Shown piece by piece: positions 37,502-45,725 of a stretch of 45,725 bases of DNA. The translations under genes and the position numbers were made by a program. The notes below the pieces were generated by a model, which was not told the DNA's origin, made no database searches, and saw nothing but the letters and a program-made list of their open reading frames with translations. Location of the stretch: positions 1-45,725 of the forward strand of contig JAHFKH010000002.1 of NCBI GenBank assembly GCA_023245435.1, in the 5' to 3' direction. This DNA comes from Candidatus Shapirobacteria bacterium (GTDB taxonomy: Bacteria; Patescibacteriota; Microgenomatia; UBA12405). Positions within the stretch are counted from its first letter, which is position 1. Each line of letters opens with the position of its first letter.

Positions 37502-38182
37502 TTATTTTTTATTTTTATAATCCTCGGTGATTTGACCGTCACGAATAACAATAATTCTTTTGGCATGAGAGGCAATGTCGGGTTCGTGGGTAATCATAAT
37601 AATAGTGCGACCATCTTGATTTAATTTTTCAAAAATTTTCATAATCCCTTCGGCTTGATCAGAAGCAATATTGCCGGTTGGTTCGTCGGCTAAAATAATT
37701 TTTGGATCCATTGATAACGCCCTGGCAATGGCGACCCGTTGCTGTTGACCACCGGAAAGTTGATTACTTAAATGATTTATTCGGTCTGACAAATCAACTA
37801 ATTTTAATAATTCCATTGCTTTTTGTTGCCTAAAATCGGCATTAATTCCGGCATAAGCCATGGGCAACATAACATTTTTTAAAGCAGAAGTTCGAGGTAA
37901 TAAATTAAATGATTGGAAAACAAAACCAATTTTTTTATTTCTGATTTCGGCCAAATCATCATCACGAAGTTTTGAAATGTTTTCACCATCTAATATATAT
38001 TGGCCAGAGGTTGGTGAATCGAGAGCACCTAAAATATGCATTAGGGTTGATTTGCCTGAACCTGATGGCCCCATGATAGCAACGAATTCACCTTTTTTAA
38101 TTTCAAAAGAAATTGATTTTAGAGCGGTGGTGGTAACGCCATCATTACTATATATTTTTGAAATATTTTTTAATTTAATCAT
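37502..38182 (-). CDS. ABC ATP-binding protein, MacB/LolD type
   Basis: GPSGSGKST, LSGGQQQR, DEPTGN. Confidence 0.95.
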   Translation of the reverse strand: MIKLKNISKIYSNDGVTTTALKSISFEIKKGEFVAIMGPSGSGKSTLMHILGALDSPTSGQYILDGENISKLRDDDLAEIRNKKIGFVFQSFNLLPRTSALKNVMLPMAYAGINADFRQQKAMELLKLVDLSDRINHLSNQLSGGQQQRVAIARALSMDPKIILADEPTGNIASDQAEGIMKIFEKLNQDGRTIIMITHEPDIASHAKRIIVIRDGQITEDYKNKK

Positions 38183-38184
38183 TT

Positions 38185-39384
38185 TTACCTCATACGAACA
38201 CCACCACCCAACCCACCAAATACTGATGTGGTTGATGTAGTAGTTTTTGCTGAAGATGTGGTAGTTACAGCAGTAACAACTTGTTGACCATCGTCGATAC
38301 CAGAAACAATTTCTGTATCTGTATCATTACTAAGTCCTGTAACTACAGGTAAATTAGTTAATATATTATTTTTAAGAACTCTAACAAAATTTTCTCCATT
38401 TTGAGAAACTATGGCTCCATTGGGGACAATTAAAATATTGTCTTTAAAGTCGATTAAAATATTGGCAGTAGCTGACATATTGGCAAAAATATCGGGAGTG
38501 CCCGAATCAAGAGTAATAGTAACGGGATAAGAAACAACACCCGACGAAACAGTGCCAGTGGTGTCGATGGCGACAATTTTACCGGTATAAGTTTTATCGG
38601 TAAAAGCAGAAAGGGTAACTGTAACTTTGTTACCAACTTTGACTTTGGGGACATCAATTTCAGTTAAAGAAACAGAAATTGAAGGAGTAGCGTTGGTTTT
38701 GACAATAGCAATTTTATTTTCGATATTGCTACTATTACTTGCACTAGAAGTCGGATTTAAAATCATGCCAGGGGCGAGAGAAATTGATCCAATAGTTCCA
38801 GAAATTGGAGAATACACGACAGCACCGGCAGATTGATAGGATAAACGTGAAGCTTCAAGTGATACTTTTTGTTGTTGTAATTGTTTAGTTAAATTGTTGT
38901 ATGATTCTTGGGCTAAAAGATAATCATCGTGTCTCTGAATATAAGTTGGGTCATCGGGTGAAAGACCTTGCCATTGGTTGATAAAAATGTTTTTAGTATT
39001 AACTAAAGTACTATCTAAAGAATAGATTTTGTCTTGAGTAGTTTTTAGTGAATTTTGAGCTGATAAATATGAAGAATAAGCCGATTCTAATTTTTGACGA
39101 CCGTCTAAATCTAAATCGATTTGCATAATGGGAGTGCCGGTAGAAACTTTTTGACCTTCTTTGACATATATTTTTTTGACAACTCCCGAGGCTGTAGTAG
39201 TAACAGTACGGCTATTGCTGGTAGACACAGAACCTGAGGCGGTTAGTGAAACAATTAGAGTACCCTTGGTAGCGGTGGCAGTAGTATATTTTGGAGTAGT
39301 GGTTGATGAAGAAAAAAGTTGTTTGTAAACAAAATATGAAACAATGGCTAAAATAGGCAAAATTATGAGTAACTTTTTTTTCAT
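38185..39384 (-). CDS. Efflux adaptor, MacA/HlyD family
   Basis: TM anchor, 'VKKIYVKEGQKV', 'SPISGTI', 'EIDVPKVKVG'. Confidence 0.92.
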   Translation of the reverse strand: MKKKLLIILPILAIVSYFVYKQLFSSSTTTPKYTTATATKGTLIVSLTASGSVSTSNSRTVTTTASGVVKKIYVKEGQKVSTGTPIMQIDLDLDGRQKLESAYSSYLSAQNSLKTTQDKIYSLDSTLVNTKNIFINQWQGLSPDDPTYIQRHDDYLLAQESYNNLTKQLQQQKVSLEASRLSYQSAGAVVYSPISGTIGSISLAPGMILNPTSSASNSSNIENKIAIVKTNATPSISVSLTEIDVPKVKVGNKVTVTLSAFTDKTYTGKIVAIDTTGTVSSGVVSYPVTITLDSGTPDIFANMSATANILIDFKDNILIVPNGAIVSQNGENFVRVLKNNILTNLPVVTGLSNDTDTEIVSGIDDGQQVVTAVTTTSSAKTTTSTTSVFGGLGGGVRMR

Positions 39385-39398
39385 AGGTTATTGTTAAA

Positions 39399-40349
39399 TT
39401 ATTTTCTGAAAATTAGCTGAACGGTGGTTCCATTATCCGAGATACTGTCAACAATTATTTTTCCTCCTTGTTTGTCCATAATTTTTTTGGCGATGGGAAG
39501 GCCAAGGCCATAACCACCTTCACCACTTTTGGTGCGGGCATTATCGGCTCGATAAAAACGATCAAAAATATGGGGTAAATCTTTTTGAGAAATCCCTAAA
39601 CCCGAGTCTTTGATAATTATTTTATTATTAGTTGAATATATTTTAATTGGTTGATTGTCAGAATATTTAATGGCATTGTCAATGATTATTTCAAATAATT
39701 CTTCGATAGATGAAGGATCACCAACAATAAAATAATTTTTGGTTTTATTGATTATTTTTATTTTTTTTGATGAAGCTTTGGCAGATAATCGAGCAATTAC
39801 TTTATCAATAGTTTCTTTTATGTTTATTGATAAATGCTGTTGACCATTACCATTTTCAAGGTGAGATAGGCGAAGCATAGAATTGGTTAAATTAGTTAAT
39901 TTATCGACTTCTTTGATACCTATTTTTAGATTATTTTTAGCTTCGGCAATATTTAATTTTGGACTACGTAATGCAACTTCAAATGTTGATTTTAGGGCTG
40001 TCAAAGGAGTGCGAAGTTCATGGGAGGCATCAGAAATAAATATTTTTTGTTCTTCAATAATTTTGGCGATGGGTTTTAAAGTAATACCCGCCAAAAAATA
40101 ACTTAAACTGCCTGAAACTACTAAAATAACAATGTTTTGATACAAAAGCTGAAGAAGTAAATGATTTTTGCTTTCACTAATAAATTCAACATCAATTTCA
40201 ATGTCGGGTCGACGCATTGGTCCTCTATTGGCAAAACGGTCAATTTCTATAGAAATCAAACCATAAATTGCCACCGAAAAAAACAAACTAACTAACATAA
40301 TAATTAGGACGTACCACAAAGTTAGTTGAAGGCGGGCGCGTTTAAACAT
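39399..40349 (-). CDS. Sensor histidine kinase
   Basis: H-box 'FISDASHELRTPL', N-box 'DNAIKYS', 'DSGLGI', 'GYGLGL'. Confidence 0.95.
   Translation of the reverse strand: MFKRARLQLTLWYVLIIMLVSLFFSVAIYGLISIEIDRFANRGPMRRPDIEIDVEFISESKNHLLLQLLYQNIVILVVSGSLSYFLAGITLKPIAKIIEEQKIFISDASHELRTPLTALKSTFEVALRSPKLNIAEAKNNLKIGIKEVDKLTNLTNSMLRLSHLENGNGQQHLSINIKETIDKVIARLSAKASSKKIKIINKTKNYFIVGDPSSIEELFEIIIDNAIKYSDNQPIKIYSTNNKIIIKDSGLGISQKDLPHIFDRFYRADNARTKSGEGGYGLGLPIAKKIMDKQGGKIIVDSISDNGTTVQLIFRK
39406..39421 (-). promoter_or_regulatory. OmpR-type direct repeat TTCAG-N6-TTCAG (inside the kinase 3' end)
   Basis: Sits just upstream of the adaptor gene start. Confidence 0.55.
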
Positions 40350-41007
40350 TTTTATTTGTTAATCTGTAACCAAAACCGCGTAAAGTTTCAATATAATTAT
40401 TTCCGATTTTTTGACGTAAATTACGAATATAAACTTCAACGGTGTTTGGTAAAACTTCCGAATCATAATCCCATAATCGAGAAATAATTTTTTCTTTGGA
40501 TAAAATTACACCAACATTGCGCATTAAAAATTCAAGTAAAACAAATTCCCGAGACGATAATTTTATTTCTTTTTTATTAAGTAAAACTTTAAAATTAGTA
40601 TTATCTAGAGATAAATTTCCCACAGTAATTATGGATTTGGCAATATTTTGAGGGCGGCGAATTAAGGCACGAATACGAGCTAATAATTCTTCAAAAGAAA
40701 ATGGTTTGATTAAATAATCATCGGCGCCACAATCGAGGCCCGAGATTTTGTCTTCAGTTTGACTTTTGGCCGTTAACATCAAAATTGGAGTGTGATTGCC
40801 ACTAGATCGAAGTTTTTGACAAATAGTAATACCATCAATTCCGGGTAACATTAGATCTAAAAGAATTAAATCGTAATCTTGAGTTGAGGCCAAATCGTAA
40901 CCATCAGTACCAGTAAAGGCCACATCAACGGCATAGTTTTCTTGCTGTAAACCCTTTTTGAGCGATTGGGCAATTAAGTGCTCATCTTCGATGACTAAAA
41001 TCTTCAT
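40342..41007 (-). CDS. OmpR/PhoB family response regulator
   Basis: 'VIEDE', 'LDLMLPG', 'GADDYLIKPF', 'VEVYIRNLRQK', 'TLRGFGY'. Confidence 0.96.
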   Translation of the reverse strand: MKILVIEDEHLIAQSLKKGLQQENYAVDVAFTGTDGYDLASTQDYDLILLDLMLPGIDGITICQKLRSSGNHTPILMLTAKSQTEDKISGLDCGADDYLIKPFSFEELLARIRALIRRPQNIAKSIITVGNLSLDNTNFKVLLNKKEIKLSSREFVLLEFLMRNVGVILSKEKIISRLWDYDSEVLPNTVEVYIRNLRQKIGNNYIETLRGFGYRLTNKNV

Positions 41008-41014
41008 TATATAT

Positions 41015-41045
41015 AGTATAAGCCCGAAGCTGAATATTGGCTGAA
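41015..41045 (-). promoter_or_regulatory. Response regulator promoter with TTCAG-N6-TTCAG box
   Basis: Repeat 9 nt upstream of TATACT, which lies 7 nt before the ATG. Confidence 0.65.
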
Positions 41046-41050
41046 AAGGA

Positions 41051-41308
41051 TTATTGTTCTCGTTCTATTCGAATAGTGCACTCGGTAAGGAGAGCGGCGA
41101 GAGCGCCAATGATGGCCAGAGGTGGCAAAATAACAGCGCCAGCGATACCAAAGGTTAGAGAAAAAGATAAAATCTGTTTACCCTTTTTGGATTCAATGCT
41201 AATTTTACGAACATTTCCCTCGTGAATTAATTCTTTGACTTTTTTGAGAAGATCTTCACCATTAACTTTGAATTCTTCGGTTTTTATTTTTTTAGTTTTT
41301 GTTGGCAT
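41051..41308 (-). CDS. DUF4342-like protein
   Basis: 'EEFKVNGEDLLKKVKELIHEGNVRKI..ALLTECTI'. Confidence 0.85.
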   Translation of the reverse strand: MPTKTKKIKTEEFKVNGEDLLKKVKELIHEGNVRKISIESKKGKQILSFSLTFGIAGAVILPPLAIIGALAALLTECTIRIEREQ

Positions 41309-41331
41309 AAGATATTATATAATGTTTTATT

Positions 41332-43215
41332 GTGAAAAAAATATTGTTGGGATTTTTGTTTTTAATGATGGTTGGGAATGTGATGGCGGCGGAGAAATCG
41401 TATAGTATAAACAACGTAAATATTGGGGCAACGGTGAATGCCGATGGATCGATGATGGTGACCGAAAATAGGCAATATGACTTTTCGGGTAGCTACACTT
41501 TTGCTTATCAATATATTAATAAGTCAGGAGAAAGAGGAGAAAAATATAATTTATCTAATTTTAAAATTTGTGATGAAACGTGGTGTTATTTAAAGTTGGC
41601 GACAGTGGGTGATGCTGATACGATTAGACCTGTTAACAGTTTTTATGTGGTTGAAGAACCGGATAGATATTATATTAAATGGTTTTATAGGGCAAATAGC
41701 GAAATAAAAAATTTTAGATTAAGTTACAAAATTGATAACGCAGTTACTTTACATAAAGATATAGCGGAAATTTATTGGAAATGGATAGGAAATGATTGGG
41801 AAATTTCGCAAAATAATGTAAATGTAAAAGTAAATTTACCTAGTGGAATTGGAAGTAGTGATATTCAAGCCTGGGGTCACGGGCCATTGGAGGGAGTGGT
41901 AAAAATAAGTGATCAGTTATCAGTTACGAGTTACGAGTTTGTGAATTTTTCTGTTCCAAATTTATCGCCTAAAACTTTTTTTGAAGGGAGAATAATTTTA
42001 CCTAAAAATATTTTTAATAAGGGAGCGGTGGGGAATTTGACTAAAGCCGATATTTTAAATCAAGAAAATAAATATATTGCTGATACTATAGCCCAGAAAA
42101 AAATGAGGTCGGGTATTGGTAATATTTTGGCGATATTTTCGATAATTATTTTTTTATTTGCTTCTAAATTATTTTTTATAAGATTAATTGAATTTTGGAA
42201 ATATCAGAAAGAAGAAAAGTTACCTAAAGTAAATTTGTCGGGAAGAATTTGGGAACCACCAAGCGATATTGACCCGGCTCAAATTGAACAGTTGTTGTGG
42301 GCTAATAAAGAACTAACTCCAAAAGCATTTACGGCGACAATATTGTCTTTGATTCAAAATCGATACTACAAACTAACTCGGAGTGATCAAAAGATGGGTT
42401 TTATTTTTAAGAAATATGAATACTATATAGAAAAAACTCAAAACTTAAAACTTAAACATCAAAGCGGGATACAGGAGAAAGTAATCGATTTTTTGGATAA
42501 TATAGATGAAAATAAGGTAAGTTTGGGTGAAATTGCTAGTTGGTGTAAATCACATCAAACAACCAGCTATAACTTTTTTAAAGATTTAAAAGAAATTACA
42601 TTAAAGGAAAATTTAAAAGAAGGATATTTTGACCAAAAAGCAAATAAATTAAATAAGGAAGTGGGGACAATAATTTTATTAGTATTTTTGGATATTGCGA
42701 TATTTGTATTAATGTTTTTGTCGGTGGTTTTTGGAGCAAACATACTATTGATTACTGCCCAAATATTGGCGTTACCATTGGCAATTGTTTATATTTTTGT
42801 ATCGATTATATTAAAAGTAAATGGGGAAAAGAGAACCGAAAAAGGTAGCTTGGAAGCAGCCAAATGGATAGCTTTTAAAAGACATTTGGATGAATATAAG
42901 CAAACAGTAAATTACCCGATTGATTCAATAATTTTGTGGGAAAAGTATTTGGTTTACGGGACTGTGTTGGGAGTATCGGTTAAAACACTATCAGCATTGC
43001 CAGTGAAATTTAATGAAGTTGATCAATCTACTGGGGTAATGTATTGGGGTGGAAGTAATTTTATCGATAATGATTTTTTGTCAATAAATTCAGCCGTATC
43101 GTCAATATCTTTTGCAGCCTCATCAAGCTATGGGGCGACAGGATCGGGATCGTCGGGAGGATTTTCGGGTGGGGGTGGTGGTGGAGGAGGCGGAGGCGGT
43201 GGAGGAGCAGGGTAA
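41332..43215 (+). CDS. DUF2207-like membrane protein
   Basis: 'NADGSMMVTE', 'EIYWKWIG', 'WGHGPL', 'LWEKYLVYGTVLGV', Gly-rich tail. Confidence 0.9.
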   Translation: MKKILLGFLFLMMVGNVMAAEKSYSINNVNIGATVNADGSMMVTENRQYDFSGSYTFAYQYINKSGERGEKYNLSNFKICDETWCYLKLATVGDADTIRPVNSFYVVEEPDRYYIKWFYRANSEIKNFRLSYKIDNAVTLHKDIAEIYWKWIGNDWEISQNNVNVKVNLPSGIGSSDIQAWGHGPLEGVVKISDQLSVTSYEFVNFSVPNLSPKTFFEGRIILPKNIFNKGAVGNLTKADILNQENKYIADTIAQKKMRSGIGNILAIFSIIIFLFASKLFFIRLIEFWKYQKEEKLPKVNLSGRIWEPPSDIDPAQIEQLLWANKELTPKAFTATILSLIQNRYYKLTRSDQKMGFIFKKYEYYIEKTQNLKLKHQSGIQEKVIDFLDNIDENKVSLGEIASWCKSHQTTSYNFFKDLKEITLKENLKEGYFDQKANKLNKEVGTIILLVFLDIAIFVLMFLSVVFGANILLITAQILALPLAIVYIFVSIILKVNGEKRTEKGSLEAAKWIAFKRHLDEYKQTVNYPIDSIILWEKYLVYGTVLGVSVKTLSALPVKFNEVDQSTGVMYWGGSNFIDNDFLSINSAVSSISFAASSSYGATGSGSSGGFSGGGGGGGGGGGGGAG

Positions 43216-43277
43216 AGCTAATTATCAATTACGAATTAATAATTACGAATTAAAGAAAAAAATAGTACAATAACTTA

Positions 43278-43829
43278 ATGAAAAAATATATTGCAATTTT
43301 AACCGTTTGTGTTTTAGTACTTAGCGCTTGTGGTGAACAAATTACAAGCAAAATTAATGAGACCAAAAATAAAGTTGAAAATAAAAAAACTTCAATAAAA
43401 GATTTGTTGGGTTTAGGTAAAGAACAAAAATGTGTGTGGTCGAGCGAAGTAGAAGGTGATAAATCGACGGGAACAATGTTGATTAAAGGAAATAAATTTC
43501 GTCAAAGTATAACCACTAAAATAACTGATCAAAAGGAAACAGCGATTGAAGTAATTACCGATGGAGTGTGGACATATTTATGGAATCCGAATACTAAAGA
43601 ACAAGGGATGAAAATGAAAGTGACAGACGAACAAAAAGCTGACACAGAAAAATTGGCCAACGGATCACTAGATTGGGGTAAAGAATATAATTATAATTGT
43701 TCCCCCGCTTCGGTGTCGGATAGCGAATTTACTCCACCAAAAGATGTAGAATTTATGGATTTACAGGCATTGCAAGAACAATTTAAAAACTTAATTCCAA
43801 GTGGAGTTGATGTACCTACTGGTGAATAA
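43278..43829 (+). CDS. Hypothetical lipoprotein
   Basis: Lipobox 'LSAC'; 'CSPASVSDSEFTPPKDVEF'. Confidence 0.8.
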   Translation: MKKYIAILTVCVLVLSACGEQITSKINETKNKVENKKTSIKDLLGLGKEQKCVWSSEVEGDKSTGTMLIKGNKFRQSITTKITDQKETAIEVITDGVWTYLWNPNTKEQGMKMKVTDEQKADTEKLANGSLDWGKEYNYNCSPASVSDSEFTPPKDVEFMDLQALQEQFKNLIPSGVDVPTGE

Positions 43830-45725
43830 AAAATATTGGATTGTGGGATTATTGTTATTGGTGTGTTTTTTGGGTTTGCGTTTAGTAAACATTGACCAAA
43901 ACTTAGTATTTTTATCTGACCAAGGGAGACATTTGTTGGAAGCGAAACAAATGGTTGAGAATCATAAGCTGCAACTTTTGGGGCCAGTGGTAACGTCAAA
44001 ATCAGTAGAAGGAAGGAATTTTTTTATAGGAGCTAACTATTATTATGTTTTGGCAATAGTTGGTTTAATTGCAGCTTGGGACCCGGTAAAAATTACTTTA
44101 ATTTTTGTTTTGATTGATTTAATATCTTGGCTATTTTTGTGCAAGTGGATGGCAAAAAAATTTAGCCATAAAATTGGATTAATTATTTTTACTTTTGTTA
44201 CTTTTTCCCCTTATTTAATTTTGCATAGCCGATTTTTTTGGAACCCGCATTTATTAATACCATTATCGGTAATGTATTTGTATTTTTTGGATAAATTTAA
44301 AATCAAACATAAAATGTGGTATTTGCTTTTGGCTTCGATTTGTTGGGGTTTTGCCACTGCTTGTCACTATGGGGCTGTGTTTTGGGTGGTACCTTTGGTG
44401 ATTATTTTGGGAAAGAAAAATATTTTTAAAATAAAAAATTGGTTAATTATTGTTTTGGGATTTGTAATCGGTGATTTACCTTTTTTTGTTTTTGAGTTGC
44501 GACATAATTTTTATAACATCAGAACAATGTTGTTAGTATTTGCAAAACCCGGCAGCGGGGGCATAATGCCCCATTACTTTATATTTCCAATGTTGGTAAT
44601 GGGAATATATTTGTTTGTAAAATATATTAAAATCAAAAAAATATATTTATTTTTGTTGATAGGTGGATTATGGTTGGGTCAGTTTTATATATTGGATAAA
44701 GTTGAAATTGATGGCTGGAAATATACCGATCAATTAAAAGTGGCTAATATAATTTCGAAAAATTGTGTGGGGCAATTTAATGTTGCCTCACTGGTTGAGG
44801 GAGACACCCAAACTTATAGTCAAAGATATTTGTTAAATTACTTTAAATGTAATCCATTGGGAATTACAGATTATCCTAACGCCAAAATATTATATGTGAT
44901 TGCTCCACGATATCGAAATGTGGAAAATGAATTGGTATGGGAAGTCAATAGTTTTGGAGGTAAGATAGTGAAAAAAATTGAGGTAAATAATAAGGTTTTT
45001 TTATATAAACTAGAAAAGCTGACTAGTGAAAAATATGTAACAATTGTAAACCCGGTTCGAAGTCGAGAACTATGGAAAGATGACAGTTTAAAACCAATTG
45101 AAGACCAATATACAATAATTAATAAATTGGGATTAAAGGCGACATGGCTAATTCAAAATGATGTTTTGTTAGATGCAAAATTGGTTTCTAAAATAAAAAG
45201 TTTTGATAATAATCAAGAATTGGGAATTTTTTTGGAGGTGTCAAAAAAATTAGCTTTAGAATCGAGAGTATATTTTGAAGAGCAGCAACCTTGGTATGAC
45301 CCACGAGTAGTTTTTTTGTCGGGATATGATATTGCTGATCGAAAAAAAATAATAGATAAAATGATTTTGGATTTTAAAAATACTTTTGGATATTTGCCAA
45401 AATCTGCGGGGGCGTGGTGGATTGATAGTTGGTCACAACAATATTTGGAAAACAAATATAATATAAAAATTGTTTTGATATGCAGTGATCAAAAAACGAC
45501 GGATAAATATGGAATATGGGGACAGTGGTGGGGGTACCCTTATATCCCCTCACCTGATAATATTTTGAGCCCGGGAAATTCTAAATCGGTAGTGATTCAA
45601 TGGGCACAACGCGATTTGGAAAAAGCCTATTTTGGATCAGGATTTAAAGTATCAAATTATTCGTTGCAAGCTAACGATTATTTGTCACAAAAACTAGATA
45701 TTAAATATTTTGAAAAATTAGCAAA
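43822..45725 (+). CDS. GT-C (ArnT/PMT-like) glycosyltransferase fused to a deacetylase/GH57-like barrel domain; 3'-partial
   Basis: Hand translation from GTG 43822 is open to the window end: 'DQGRHLL', 'LLGP', 'SRFFWNPH', 'FELRHNF', then 'KATWL', 'ELGIFLEV', 'FGYLPKSAGAWWID'. Confidence 0.85.
   Translation, partial: MNKKYWIVGLLLLVCFLGLRLVNIDQNLVFLSDQGRHLLEAKQMVENHKLQLLGPVVTSKSVEGRNFFIGANYYYVLAIVGLIAAWDPVKITLIFVLIDLISWLFLCKWMAKKFSHKIGLIIFTFVTFSPYLILHSRFFWNPHLLIPLSVMYLYFLDKFKIKHKMWYLLLASICWGFATACHYGAVFWVVPLVIILGKKNIFKIKNWLIIVLGFVIGDLPFFVFELRHNFYNIRTMLLVFAKPGSGGIMPHYFIFPMLVMGIYLFVKYIKIKKIYLFLLIGGLWLGQFYILDKVEIDGWKYTDQLKVANIISKNCVGQFNVASLVEGDTQTYSQRYLLNYFKCNPLGITDYPNAKILYVIAPRYRNVENELVWEVNSFGGKIVKKIEVNNKVFLYKLEKLTSEKYVTIVNPVRSRELWKDDSLKPIEDQYTIINKLGLKATWLIQNDVLLDAKLVSKIKSFDNNQELGIFLEVSKKLALESRVYFEEQQPWYDPRVVFLSGYDIADRKKIIDKMILDFKNTFGYLPKSAGAWWIDSWSQQYLENKYNIKIVLICSDQKTTDKYGIWGQWWGYPYIPSPDNILSPGNSKSVVIQWAQRDLEKAYFGSGFKVSNYSLQANDYLSQKLDIKYFEKLA

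Noticed and set aside
43132..43212. G-rich repeat tract
   Set aside because: It encodes the usual Gly/Ser tail of DUF2207 proteins.
1158..45455. Many short antisense or alternate-frame ORFs (e.g. 1158, 4123, 7228, 10361, 13290, 18356, 26667, 37860, 43691, 45213)
   Set aside because: They are shadows of well-supported genes and carry no motifs.
1..45725. CRISPR array, IS transposase, reverse transcriptase/retron, rRNA or recoded stop codons
   Set aside because: I saw no repeat-spacer periodicity or diagnostic motifs, and genes translate full-length with the standard code.

Overview
AT-rich bacterial chromosome segment using the standard genetic code. Gene content and leaderless-style promoters suggest a Patescibacteria/CPR (Microgenomates-like) host; this is inference. 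Two tRNAs (Arg-GCG, Ser-GCT) open the window. A ~30 kb integrated element (~812-30836) starts at the tRNA-Ser 3' end. It is bounded by a 5-bp AAAGG direct repeat, and its inner arms reconstruct a symmetric 50-bp serine-integrase attP. Its core (19.4-30.8 kb) holds a large serine recombinase, an Mrr-like nuclease, XRE and MerR-type HTH proteins, a ParB-MTase/MTase/TerS/TerL operon and an RHH-fusion + Shedu pair. I see no portal, capsid, tail or replication gene. Its ~18.6 kb of cargo comprises MarR-controlled MacAB-like + MFS efflux, CadD, patatin, an MMPL module, LUD/CDGSH/PhhB and a TetR-GT2-UppS-MTase-GT2 operon, plus a decayed copy of the recombinase C-terminus. Beyond 30.9 kb are host-type genes: CYTH, two Nudix, transporters, a two-component system with a second MacAB-like ABC system, DUF2207, and a GT-C fusion ORF missed by the ORF track that runs off the window. 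All family calls come from motif recognition by eye, not database searches.
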